Shown: positions 26,719-39,615 of the stretch, in pieces
Numbering within the stretch: position 1 is the stretch's first letter
Layout: every line of letters begins with the position of its first letter
Assembly: GCF_009914755.1 (NCBI RefSeq)
Contig: NC_060929.1
DNA: 64,000 nucleotides
Direction: 5' to 3' (one strand)
From: the human T2T-CHM13v2.0 reference genome, Homo sapiens
Position numbers and translations under genes: made by a program
Notes under the pieces: generated by a model
What the model saw: only the letters and a program-made list of their open reading frames with translations
Told to the model about the DNA's origin: nothing
Database searches by the model: none

Positions 26719-26830
26719 GACTTCAAACAAGTGTGAAGAGGCTGTGTGGCGAGATTGTGGAACTGAAGCAGCACCTGGAGCACTACGACAAGATCCAGGA
26801 GCTCACGCAGATGCTGCAGGAGAGCCACAG
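26719..26830 (+). CDS. CEP72: CEP72 exon (exon 11), (G)LQTSVKRLCGEIVELKQHLEHYDKIQELTQMLQESH(S)
   Basis: Long polypyrimidine tract ending tctttcag|; weak donor AG|gtgcct; 112 nt. Confidence 0.95.
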
Positions 26831-27013
26831 GTGCCTGCCCGTGAGACTTGGGTGGGCCCCCGAGGGGAGGAGGCCCAGGTACAGGGAGGGTTGGGCCGGA
26901 CTGGGTCACACCCAGAAGGCACAGAGGAGCAGCTCCTCATGAGTCTTGGCCGATGATATCCAGGACCACTGCTGATTTGAAACTTTCATAAACTTTCCTC
27001 TCTGAAAACGGAG

Positions 27014-27137
27014 GCCCTTCATGCTGTCTGTCGCATGTGTGAGGCGTGGATCATGAAGTGTGACCCATGAGGTGTGGATGTGAGGTCTGACCATGAGGTG
27101 TGACCACGAGGCATGGACTGTGAGATGGGACTGTGAG
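27014..27137 (+). other. CEP72: Candidate cryptic (poison) exon in CEP72 intron 11
   Basis: Acceptor actttcctctctgaaaacggag|, strong donor GAG|gtatgt, adjoining UG-rich VNTR, in-frame TGA at 27054-27056; CEP72 recalled as a TDP-43 cryptic-exon gene. Confidence 0.6.
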
Positions 27138-29520
27138 GTATGTGACCATGGGGTGTGGGCTGTGAGGTATCAACCCTGAGTGTGAGGTGTGACTGTGAGG
27201 TGTGACTGTGAGGTATGACTGTGAGGTGTGACTGTGAGGTGTGGACTGTGAGGTGTGACTGTGAGGTGTGACTGTGAGGTGTGGACTGTGAGATGTGACT
27301 GTGAGGTGTGACTGTGAGGCGTGGACTGTGAGGCGTGGACTGTGAGGCGTGGACTGTGAGGTGTGACTGTGAGGTGTGACTGTGAGGTGTGGACTGTGAG
27401 GCGTGACTGAGGCGTGAATGTGAGGCGTGACTGTGAGGCGTGACTGTGAGGTGTGGACTGTGAGGTGTGGACTGTGAGGTGTGACTGTGAGGTGTGACTG
27501 TGAGGCGTGGACTGTGAGGTGTGACTGTGAGGTGTGACTGTGAGGTGTGGACTGTGAGGTGTGACTGTGAGGTGTGACTGTGAGGCGTGGACTGTGAGGG
27601 GTGACTGTGAGGTGTGACTGTGAGGTGTGACTGTGAGGTGTGACCACGAGGCATGGACTGTGAGATGGGACTGTGAGGTATGTGACCATGGGGTGTGGGC
27701 TGTGAGGTATCAACCCTGAGTGTGAGGTGTGACTGTGAGGTGTGACTGTGAGGTGTGGACTGTGAGGTGTGACTGTGAGGTGTGACTGTGAGGTGTGACT
27801 GTGAGGTGTGGACTGTGAGGTGTGAATGTGAGGTGTGACTGTGAGGCGTGACTGTGAGGCGTGACTGTGAGGTGTGGACTGTGAGGTGTGACTGTGAGGT
27901 GTGACTGTGAGGTGTGGACTGTGAGGTGTGACTGTGAGGTGTGACTGTGAGGTGTGGACTGTGAGTTGTGACTGTGAGGTGTGACTGTGAGGCGTGGACT
28001 GTGAGGCGTGACTGAGGCGTGACTGTGAGGCGTGACTGTGAGGCGTGGACTGTGAGGCGTGGACTGTGAGGTGTGACTGTGAGGTGTGCCTGTGAGGCGT
28101 GGACTGTGAGGCGTGGACTGTGAGGGGTGACTGTGAGGTGTGGACTGTGAGGTGTGACTGTGAGGTGTGACTGTGAGGTGTGGACTGTGAGGTGTGACTG
28201 TGAGGTGTGACTGTGAGGTGTGACTGTGAGGTGTGGACTGTGAGGTGTGACTGTGAGGCATGGACTGTGAGGCGTGACTGAGGCGTGACTGTGAGGCGTG
28301 GACTGTGAGGCGTGGACTGTGAGGTGTGACTGTGAGGTGTGCCTGTGAGGCGTGGACTGTGAGGCGTGGACTGTGAGGCGTGGACTGTGAGGGGTGACTG
28401 AGGCGTGGACTGTGAGGCGTGGACTGTGAGGTGTGACTGTGAGGTGTGACTGTGAGGCGTGGACTGTGAGGTGTGACTGTGAGGTGTGACTGTGAGGTGT
28501 GGACTGTGAGGCGTGACTGTGAGGCGTGACTGTGAGGTGTGGACTGTGAGGTGGGACTGTGAGGTGTGACTGAGGTGTGACTGTGAGGCGTGGACTGTGA
28601 GGCGTGACTGTGAGGCGTGACTGTGAGGCGTGACTGTGAGGCGTGGATTGTGAGGCGTGGACTGTGAGGTGTGACTGTGAGGTGTGACTGAGGCGTGGAC
28701 TGTGAGGTGTGACTGTGAGGCGTGACTGTGAGGCGTGACTGTGAGGCGTGGACTGTGAGGCGTGGACTGTGAGGCGTGGACTGTGAGGTGTGACTGTGAG
28801 GTGTGACTGTGAGGCGTGGACTGTGAGGTGTGACTGTGAGGTGTGACTGTGAGGTGTGACTGTGAGGCGTGGACTGTGAGGCGTGGACTGTGAGGTGTGA
28901 CTGTGAGATGTGACTGTGAGGCGTGGACTGTGAGGTGTGACTGTGAGGTGTGACTGAGGTGTGACTGTGAGGCGTGGACTGTGAGGCGTGGACTGTGAGG
29001 TGTGACTGTGAGGTGTGACTGTGAGGCGTGGACTGTGAGGTGTGACTGTGAGGTGTGACTGTGAGGCGTGGACTGTGAGGTGTGACTGTGAGGCGTGGAC
29101 TGTGAGGTGTGACTGTGAGGCGTGGACTGTGAGGTGTGACTGTGAGGCATGGACTGTGAGGTGTGACTGAGGTGTGACTGAGGTGTGACTGTGAGGCGTG
29201 GACTGTGAGGTGTGACTGTGAGGCGTGGACTGTGAGGTGTGACTGTGAGGCGTGGACTGTGAGGTGTGACTGAGGTGTGACTGTGAGGCGTGGACTGTGA
29301 GGTGTGACTGTGAGGCGTGGACTGTGAGGTGTGACTGTGAGGCGTGGACTGTGAGGTGTGACTGTGAGGTGTGACTGTGAGGTGTGACTGTGAGGCGTGG
29401 ACTGTGAGATGTGACTGTGAGGCATGGACTGTGAGGTGTGACTGTGAGGTGTGACTGAGGCATGGACTGTGAGTTGTGAATGTGAGGTGTGGACTGAGAG
29501 TTGTGGACTGTGAGATATGA
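27060..29520. repeat. 12/13-bp UG-rich VNTR (gactgtgaggYgt[g])n, ~195 units, ~2.45 kb
   Basis: Interspersed gactgtgaggtgt, ggactgtgaggcgt and shorter gactgagg variants; internal 540-nt higher-order duplication. Confidence 0.97.
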
Positions 29521-31088
29521 CCTGTGTGCAGTGTGACCAGGGGAGAGAGGTGCATGAGAGATGGTCGGGCACGGCGGGGCAACCTGGTTCCCCTGGGCGG
29601 TAGTCCGGCAGCTGTGCTTCCCCCTTCACTGCAGTGCGTGTTCAGTTGGAAACACGGAGATTTCACCTTTACTCCCTGGCTATAGGGGGATGGTGAGAAG
29701 GGGGCTGGGTGTGAGGGGATCTTCAAGGCAGAATCTTAGTTTGTCTTTTAAGAATTGTGTGCCGGGACGTGGTTGGAGGCTGGGTGCAGAAAGGAAGAGG
29801 CGAGCTGCTGGAGGAGGCAAGGACAGGTCGCTCTGGGCAGTTTTGTGGGTGCTGCTGTGTGAACCCCTGTTGCTGTGGCCTCAGCAGGGAAGGCTGGTCT
29901 GTGGTCAGTTCCTCCCCCTCCCCTCCCCCTTTCATTCCCTCTTCCTTTCCCCCGACCTCCCATTCCCGCTCCCTCCCCCACTCCTCAGGCTGAGGCTGCC
30001 ACACTTACCTGGGTTCGACTACAGTCTGGTCATAGGCGTAGCCAGGCTCTGCCCCTTACAGGATAAAGGCCACAGACCCCCATGGGGCCCATCACAGGTG
30101 TAAGTTACAGAGGGGAAGGGTCCTGAAAGATGAGACTGGGCCAAGAGGAGATGCAGCGGAGCAGAAGGAAGGGGACTGTGGCGGCCGCGGGTGCAGTGCC
30201 CAGTCGTGGGCAGGGCCATGTGACTCCCTGGAACCTGGTGGGCCTGTCTGTGGCAGGTCAAGGTACAGTTGGGGGTCATTCTCCTTGAGCACTGTGGCCT
30301 GGATGTGGACAAGGCAGGGTGCACAGCTCCCAAACATGGTGGCATCGGGCTTCTGCCCCCAGGATTCATGCTGGCTTCATCCAGTCCTGGCCTGCGGCTC
30401 CTTTGCTGTCCAAGTGAACAGGGCCTGGGCCTGCACAGTGGCCCTGTCAGTGGGGTGCCCATCTCTGTGGCTAATGTGACCGAGGTCAGTGGGCCCTGCC
30501 TTGTCTAATACTTGTAATGCCCTGAGTGTCCTCAGGTCATCGCTGACTGGGTGATTAGGGCAATTTGGAGGTGACAAAGTGGGTAAAATGTAATAGCACT
30601 TTACTTCTAAAATAAAAATGGTCAACAGCATTAAAGACTAGGACTCTTCTATTGCACTATTATGATGTCAAAATTATTATATTTGACTGGGAATTAGAAC
30701 TATTTCAGTCCCCGTATATTTTCTAGAATTAGAACATTGTTTTGCTAGCCATGAAGTTTATCATCTTCTCATAAAACCATGCGTAGCTGGAATAGCCAAG
30801 GCGCCATTCAGTCACTCATTAGCCTGTTCAGCTCATTCATTCATTCCATAGGTGCTGAGCCGCACCTCCAAGGCTGCTCCCAGGGGTCAGGACAGTGGTT
30901 GGGAAGGAGGAGGCAGGTGGGCGGTAGCCAGTGGGACACAGAAGGTGATGGGGCCACAGAGATAGGTCTGTGTGCAGGGCCAGGGCACCTTCGTGCCCAT
31001 GCAGGGAGGTGGGCAGGCCCAGCAGGTGAGGGCCACACCGCTGGAGAGGACGGAAGTGCCAAGCAGCCGCTTCCCTGTTGTTCTGCAG

Positions 31089-31254
31089 CTCCCTGGTCAG
31101 CACCAATGAACACCTGCTGCAGGAGCTGAGCCAGGTGCGGGCGCAGCACAGAGCCGAGGTGGAGCAGATGCACTGGAGCTACCAGGAGCTCAAGAAGACC
31201 ATGGCCCTGTTTCCACACAGCAGCGCCAGCCATGGAGGCTGCCAGGCCTGCTGA
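31089..31254 (+). CDS. CEP72: CEP72 last coding exon (exon 12), SLVSTNEHLLQELSQVRAQHRAEVEQMHWSYQELKKTMALFPHSSASHGGCQAC*
   Basis: Acceptor gttgttctgcag|; stop TGA at 31252-31254; 166 coding nt. Confidence 0.95.
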
Positions 31255-31629
31255 CTCCTGCCGAGAAGCTGGGCCACCCCTTAAGCTTCCTGGTAAAGTT
31301 ACATTGTCTGCACCTTTGTACTTCTTTACTGAGTGTACTGGCTGGCAAGAGTTCTCTCTTCTGTTGGTAATTATTTAGGATTTTTGGAATGTATTCAGGA
31401 CCTGTAGCTTGGTTTTCTAAAGCACCTCGTAAAATGATATGATTACTCCAAGCCCCTCTGCATGTTTTCAGACAGAACACATTGACATATTTTGAGACAA
31501 ACTGACTATTAATCTTGTATCCAGTATCCTGAGATGAAGTAAATGCAGTGTTCTACTGCCTGATGTGAAAGAGAGCTATGTATGATAATTAAAGAAAATA
31601 ATTTTCTGTGTAACAAGCAATCTTTATTT

Positions 31630-31635
31630 AATAAA
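31630..31635 (+). terminator. CEP72: CEP72 polyadenylation signal AATAAA
   Basis: First AATAAA, ~375 nt after the stop, in AU-rich 3'UTR with upstream TGTA motifs and U-rich sequence downstream. Confidence 0.8.
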
Positions 31636-32049
31636 CAAATAACATTGTTCTGAAAAGTTAACTTTTTCAGTGGCTGTATACAAATTATAACTGAGTTTGT
31701 CATTGAGTTTTTTATAGAACAAGCTGTGCACCATGATAGGTGAGTGGGAATAATTAAGTTCAAAGACTTAACACAAGTGACACTTATAGATGTGGGGGAA
31801 AAAACCTTAAAAATATTGTCTTATGATATTAACATATCACAGCGGAAACATCTACCCAAGCCCTGGCTCGCTCTCTTGTTTGCAGTGTAGTTCTGAAAAT
31901 TATGTCATAATAGGACACAAAACTAGATTTTTAGTTTGGAAACTTCATATCTTATGTCATACTTGCTGTGATTGGTAAGACAAGGTCATTTTTTAAATGA
32001 CGTACAACTAATTTGGGAAGAATGAGCAGGCCTAAGAAGAAAATGCTCT

Positions 32050-32582
32050 GTGCTAGCTCTGTGTGTGTGTGTGCCCTTGCTGTGTGTGTGCCCTTGCTGT
32101 GTGTGTGTGCTGTGTGTGCGCTAGTGTGTGCGCTTGCTGTGTGTGTGTGCTAGCTGTGTGTGTGTGCTGTGTGTGCGCCTAGTGTGTGTGCTAGCTGTGT
32201 GTGTGCTAGCTGTGTGTGTGTGCTGTGTGTGCTAGCTGTGTGCGCTTGCTGTGTGTGCTCTGTGCACGTGCACTTGCTCTGTGTACTAGCTGTGTGTGCA
32301 TGCTAGCTGTGTGTGCGCTTGCTGTGTGTGTGCTAGCTGTGTGTGCATGCTTGCTGTGTGTGTGTGCTTGTGCGCTTGCTGTGTGTGTGTGCAGTTGCTG
32401 TGTGCTAGCTGTGTGTACGCTTGTGTGTGCGCTGTGTGTGTGCGCGCACGCACCCTGTGTGTGCTGTGGGTGCACGCATTGTGTATGTGCACTTGCTATG
32501 TGTGTGCTTGTGTGCTAGCTGTGTGTGTCTGCTAGCTGTGTGTGTGTGTGCTTCTGTGTGTGTGTGTGTGTGTGTGCGTGTG
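32050..32582. repeat. (TG)n-rich compound simple repeat with gctagct interruptions
   Basis: About 530 nt of tgtgtgtg, tgctagctg and cgcttgc. Confidence 0.95.
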
Positions 32583-33182
32583 GATTGTATCCCTGGGGAA
32601 ATCAGAGGTGGGACTCTGCTGTCTCTTCCCCGAAGAGGACTTGCTAGGCTTCAGGCTGCCCTCTTGTGTCACCTCTCTGTCCAGTTGTGGTCATAACAGG
32701 AAAATGTGTCATACCAAATTTATTTTCTGTAGGGTTGGGATGGGGTTAATTTGTCATCACGTAATTTATGTATGTAAGAGTATTAGAAGATGTTAATATT
32801 AATCCACTTTAAGCTTATAGATGCTTACCTCGTTTGGGTTTCATTGAGCTTCTTGGACCTGTGAGTTCATATTTTTCACCAGATTTGGCAAAGTTGCAGC
32901 CACTACTCATATTTCTTGTCTGACCCCGTCTCTCACTTCTTCCTCCCTGTCCCCATCTGGGACTCTAGTTAGCTTTCTGTTAGACTGTGATACTGTCTCT
33001 CAGGTCACTAAACGTGATGCTTTTTCATCCTTGTTCTCTCATCCTTTCCTTTAGGTGGTTTTATTGTCCTGTTGCGAGGCTTACTAATCTTTTCTTCCAC
33101 TTGCCTAATTTGATGTTAAGCTTGTATAGTGAATTTTTTATATCAGAAATTAGGTATATTTTTGTTCTAAAATTCCATTTGA

Positions 33183-33514
<332 letters not shown>

Positions 33515-33779
33515 TTATGTTCACGTTTCCATTAACTGCTTAACCATGTTTTTAACAGGTTTACTAGAAATTCCCAACTGTTCCAAAGTGGTGGTACCCG
33601 CAGGCCCGACTGCTAGTTGTGTATGACCACGTCTGCCGGTCCATGTTTTCAGCACCCATTGCCTGAAGTGTTAGCACCTTCACTCCGGTGGGTGTGGGGT
33701 AGTGGAGGGAGTGGGGTGGTGGAGGGCGCGGGGTGGCGGAGGGCGCGGGGTGGTGGAACGTGTGGGGTAGACCTCTTTC

Positions 33780-35250
33780 TGGTTTCATTGGCTTCTCCTT
33801 GTTCAGCACCTTCTCATGTGTCTGCGGCTCATTGGGATTTCCTGTTTGTAAAGTACCTATTCAAGTATTTTCCCTACTTTTCTATTGGATGGTCTGTCTC
33901 ATTTATTTGCAGGTGTTATTTATGATTCTGGGTAGTAGTGCTTTGTGAATTACATTTGCAAATAGCTTTTCTTGTCTTTTTACTTCAATGGTGTCTTTTA
34001 AGAGAAATTTTAAACTTTAATATGGCCCAATGTATCAATATTTTCTTTTATGATTAAAGCATTTTGGATCCTAATTTTTAATAATCTTTACTTTGCCTTG
34101 ATCATAAAGATACTCTGTTACCTTCCAAAGGATTTTATAGTTTTGTATATTTTGGATTTTAGATATAGATTCTACCCAGAATTGATTTTTGCGCCTGTTG
34201 TGAAGCTTAAGGATCCAGTTTCATTGTGTTGCAGACATAAGCCCAGTTTTCCCAGTCCCGGCTGCTGAAGATTCCTTTGTCAGGATGATCTCTGTGTCCG
34301 TTTCTGCATCTCCTTGTCTGTCTCTGCCAATACCACACACTCTGGGGCGCGTACCTCCATCTTATGTTAGGATGTCTTGGCTGTTTTTGACCCTTTGTGT
34401 TTCATACATTTTAGAACTAGCCGGTCGAGTTGGGATTTTGTTTGGGATTGTGTTGAACCTGTAGATCAACTTGGGAATCATTGACGTACTTGCAGTACTG
34501 GGTTTTACAAGCTCTGAACATGGTATCTGTCTCTCCAAATGTTAGGGCTCCTTCAGCGGGTGTTCATACAGCCTGATACTTTTCACAGTGGTCTTGTATG
34601 TCTTTTGTTACATTTAATCCTAGGTCCTTGTTATTTTGCGATGCTGTTTTTAAAAATGTGCTTGGATTTCATTTTCCTAATTATGTGTTGCCATTTCATG
34701 GAAATTCATTTTTGTGTATTAATTTGTATCCGGCAGTCTAGTAATTTTAATCATTTGCCTGTAGCTGTTTCCTCATTTTTAGGCACACAGTCATGTTTTC
34801 TATGAGTAATGGGTTTTCTTTCCCATTCCTGTTGTTCTGGATTTTTACTTTATGTTTTTATTTTTGTTTTGTTTTTTGCTTTTCTACACTGGTCGGAACC
34901 CCTAGTGCAGTGCTGATTAGAGGTGGTAACAGAGTGGGCATCGTTGTCTTCTTCCTGATATTCAAAGGGGTGATAAATTCTCACCATTTATCCACTCACT
35001 TGTAATGGATTTTTTTTGCTTGTTTTAAAGCTTCTTCTATCAATAATTCGCCTCAAGAATGGATGACTTTTATCACTTTTTCTGCAGTGATGGAGATGAC
35101 CATGATTTTTATCATTTAATATATTGATGTGTTTAACGACCATAATTTGCTTTTGTTAAAAATAAACCTTGAATTTCTGAGATAAGTCCAACTTAATAAT
35201 TATGGATTTTCTTTTACATACATATTGTTATATTTGGTTTGTTAATATTT
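33780..35250 (-). mobile_element. Old L1 ORF2 remnant (antisense)
   Basis: AT-rich; ttgggattttgtttgggattgtgttgaacctgtagatcaacttggg, tgaacatggtatctgtctc and agagtgggcatcgttgtctt resemble antisense L1M; boundaries approximate. Confidence 0.6.
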
Positions 35251-35294
35251 TGTTTAGCATTTTGTGGCCCAGCTATACTACCTAGCACCTGTGT

Positions 35295-35430
35295 TTGGGC
35301 CCTGATTTCCTCATCTGTACAATGGGGAAATAGTGGCTTCCTCACAGGATTGTTGTGAAGGTGAAATGAGTTAGTATGAATAAGACTCTCGGGCAGCATC
35401 TGGTGCGTCCTGAGCACTGGGTAGCTGCGT
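35295..35430 (+). mobile_element. MIR core fragment
   Basis: tttcctcatctgtacaatggggaaatagt...cctcacaggattgttgtgaaggtgaaatgagttagt matches the MIR core. Confidence 0.8.
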
Positions 35431-36681
35431 GCTCTAGTACAGTGGTTAGTATCTCTCTTCACGGGTGACAGCCACTTACGATTTTCCTTTGTAATGCTGT
35501 TCTTGAAAGGATTCGCATCTTTACACCACCGTAAAATGAGCTAGGTTGTGTATTCTTTCTCCATTCTCTAGGAGAATTTACTTAAGATTATAATTATTTC
35601 TTCCATGGATGTTTGATGGAACTTGCTGGTGAAGTCACTTGTGCCTGGAACTTTCTTTGTCAGGAGGTTTGACTACTGATCCAGTATAACTCAGTGTTCC
35701 AGGATGTGGCAGAACCGTTCACACAGACCATCCTTATGTCCCCCCTGCCTTTACGCTGCATATCCCTGAGTTGGGCTGGGGCCGTGTGACTACTGAGCAA
35801 CAGCCTGTGTGTGGGACTGGGGTGAGTCATTTCAGGGCCAGAGCAGCGGGAGCTGGTGCGTCACTGTGATAGCTTCCCTGCCAGTGACCTGGGCAGCTGC
35901 ATCACAGGATTAGGAAGTCTGTTTGTCTTCTGTTAGAAGAGATCTCTTGTTATTCCTGAAGTTGGACGTTGTGTGAGTAATACATTTTGTGTGTCCAGCC
36001 ACTGAAGTGTTAGGGGTTTTCTTTTGTAGCTGGCAGTGACTTCCCCTAAGTCACAGGGCTGAGCAGGCTTTCCATTTCTTTTCGAGTTAGTTTTTGTAAG
36101 TTATGTGTCTCTAAGAATTGGTCCATATTGTCTTAATTTTCCATTTTGGGGGGTATAACACACATAATTTGAATGGCTTCAACATTTGAAGTTGTGTGTG
36201 TCCCTGTGGCAGAGATGTAGGGACAGTTGTGTCCCTTCAAGCGAGACCTTGCCATCCAGGGGCAGGGAGTACAGGGGTAGAGACCATCTCCAGCCACCAT
36301 GCTGTCAGGCTGTGCCTGGGCTCTGGAGCTGAGGACACACTCATCCAGGCAGCCGCAGCCAGTGTCCAAGCAGGCAGGGCCTGGGCCTAATGCGAACCAC
36401 AGGGAGCTCCCTAGCAGGTCATCTCCAGAGCCTCCCTGAGGCCTCCCGGCCTCCTCCCCTTGCTGCTGTTCAGGGGCATTCCTCACCAGTGAGCCTCTTG
36501 TGATACAAAGGCCACCTCAGCATCTGCCTCCCGGGGACTCAGCCCATTCTTGGCCATTCTTCATATTCGTTATTTGAACTTTCTCTTCAGTCCTTTCAAA
36601 GAAACACCCTTTGCCTCCATTTTCTTTTCAATTTCTGATCTGATCTATCATTAGCCATGCTGAAATTACAAATAAATATAG

Positions 36682-37060
<379 letters not shown>

Positions 37061-37970
37061 TCAGCGAAGCTGATTGATCCACCATCTCATTAGTTTAAAT
37101 CTGCCATCTCATTTTGTGCTGTTTGTTCTATTCATGGTTTTTTCCCTCTTCACTTTTGCCACTTTTGGATGATCTCCTGTCATCCCGCATGTCCCTCTGC
37201 TCGTTTGGAGACTGTACTCTGCTTCTGTCCCATGCTTATGGCATGTGTGCGTTTAGTCCATGCTCTCACCCACCTCTGGGGTTGGTTCCTGGAGCGCGAG
37301 GCGCGCGTCCCTCTCCATGCTCCTGTTCTGCTCACCTGTGGGGGTTCCCAAGTATTTTTATGAAACATTTTAATCTCACAAAGTATTGATATAGCCACTG
37401 TTAATTTGGAGTTATTGACCTATTTATTCTCTTTGCTCCACTTTCTTCACAAACCAGACATGCCATTTGAGATCACCTTTGCTTTCTGCATTTAGAATTT
37501 CTTTAAATGTCTGCTGGTGGCAAATTCTCTTTTCATTGTCCAAAAATGCCTTTATTGTATCCTCATTTTGGAAAACTGTTTCACTGGGCTAGTATCTCAG
37601 GTTGGCATTTTTTTTATAGCAGCCTGTGATGACATTGTCCTGTTTTGGGGGCTCTGGTGGTGTTCACGGTGTTCATGTCCATTCCCCTTGAATCTAGACC
37701 CCACCCAGGGCTACACCAGTGCTAGAGCAGGACTCACACCTGACAGATGGCTGGTCCGCCTGCTCCTCCTTCACGGTCCTCCTGTCTAGATGAGGAAGCG
37801 AGAGACTCCCTCGGGAAAAGGCGACACAAGGGCCTTGGCCCTGTGAGCTTCAGCCCAGTGGAGGCACTCAGCACACTCCCCACCTGGGGCCCCTCCAGTA
37901 CCTATCCCCTGTTATCACCTGTTACAGACACGTGTGCTCTGAGGAACAGAGAAATCCATGTTTTAACACC

Positions 37971-37976
37971 TTTATT
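37971..37976 (-). terminator. TPPP: Probable distal TPPP polyadenylation signal (AATAAA on minus strand)
   Basis: tttatt on +; gives a ~5.3 kb 3'UTR consistent with the recalled ~6 kb TPPP mRNA. Confidence 0.7.
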
Positions 37977-38294
37977 TGTCACTTTACCAACTTGACACAC
38001 AATGTTAACGACAGCAGACACAGGAGCAGTGTGCACACAGACACGAGCTGTTTCACTACAGGTTTGCAAGCCAGGCTCAACAGCAAGTCCAACAGGCAAC
38101 ACCACACCTCTCACCTGCAGGAGGAACAGCAGGGCCACCCCACCCCGCGGACGTCCGCGGTGAGTGCGGTTTAGACATCAGCAGAAGTGGCTTTCAGAGT
38201 CAGAACAGCCATGACGTGGACATCACCCGTCACACTGATAAAGTGATGCACTCAGTACTCCCTAATGTTAATCACACAGTGTAAAAATATATTG

Positions 38295-38296
<2 letters not shown>

Positions 38297-38324
<28 letters not shown>
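38297..38324. repeat. (TA)n microsatellite
   Basis: catatatatatatatatatatatataaa. Confidence 0.95.
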
Positions 38325-38325
<1 letters not shown>

Positions 38326-39277
38326 ATTTGTTTCCCTTTCTTGAAAAAAACTTAGTACAAACTAGTAGTTACACGATCCCTTTCAAGTTTCTCTTAAGTT
38401 GTGCAGATTTCCTTTGTGGTTTGGCTTGGTTTAGTTTTTTAAGAGGTCGAAAGAAAGAAGTAAAGCATCTCGATGTGCCCAGGACTCCCCATCACATGCC
38501 CAGGGACAAACGCTGCACCCTGGACCACCAGAGCTCACAAAGTGTTCAGTAGTAAGAGGAGGAAAGATGCAGGTTCAGTGTTTGAAGGACGTTCTAGCCT
38601 ATTGATAACATCACGGTCCAGCCTCATCTTCCCCCTGTGCCATCCCCTCGTGGTGTGTGCTGTGGGGTGGGAGGGTGGCCAGTGCACGCGTGATTGCCCA
38701 CAGGAGGAGATGAGCTGGGCCAGTAGAGGGACAGGTAAGTGTCCAGGGCCAAGGCGTCTCCATCTCAACTCCTCCCCACTCCACTTGTACAGCAGGAGCC
38801 ACAGGCCTGTGTGAAAACACAGGACAGGCCCTGTGCCAACAAAACACCATTCACAAAAGCAGGCGGCCGCAGCAGCCCAGGATGGGGGCTGGGGTAGGAG
38901 GTGATGCCCACGCAGGGCTGCTGTGGTCAGCCCTGAGCTGGCATCCCTGGGGCCCGGGATGGAGTGGCACCAACAGGCAAGTGGGGCGGCCACAGGACAT
39001 GATGCCAGCCCAACTCCACCATCTGCGCCCAAACTTGGACAGGATATTAGAAGGTGTAAAAGTAGTCCAGTATAAATATATATCTTCTACAATATTTTAA
39101 ACATATAATTTGAACTTTAATTTTGGTAACGCTAATTGTTAGGAACACTACCTGGTTGCTTATCCTATAGCAGTAAATTAAAAATAAATAAGCACTCTGG
39201 CGTGAACAGTCTTCTCAGCGCTCTCCCTCTGCCTTTCTCCTTTCCTGATGCTGAGACACGATCAGCACTGTCCTCCC

Positions 39278-39615
39278 GACAGAACCTATTCCTGTGTCCT
39301 GGTGTCACCCCCAACAGAACCTGTCCCTCTCTCCTGGTGTCACCCCTGACAGAACCTGTCCCTCTCTCCTGGTGTCACCCCCGACAGAACCTGTCCCTGT
39401 CTCCTCTTGTCACCCCCAACAGAACCTGTCCCTCTCTCCTGGTGTCACCCCAACAGAACCTGTCCCTCTCTCCTGGTGTCACCCATGATAGAACCTGTCC
39501 CTGTGTCCTCGTGTCACCCATGACAGAACCTGTCCCTGTGTCCTGGTGTCACCCCCGACAGAACCTGTCCCTGTGTCCTGGTGTCACCCCTGACAGAACC
39601 TGTCCCTCTCTCCTG
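39278..39615. repeat. 35-bp VNTR, ~9.5 copies, in TPPP 3'UTR
   Basis: Unit gacagaacctgtccctctctcctggtgtcacccct; ggtgtcaccc at 39301 and 39336. Confidence 0.93.

Noticed and set aside
27019-29726. His/Ser/Thr-rich 639-891 aa ORFs on the minus strand
   Set aside because: The CA-rich strand of the 12/13-bp VNTR simply lacks stop codons.
35690-36040. Possible old MLT1 LTR remnant
   Set aside because: Similarity too degraded to support by eye.
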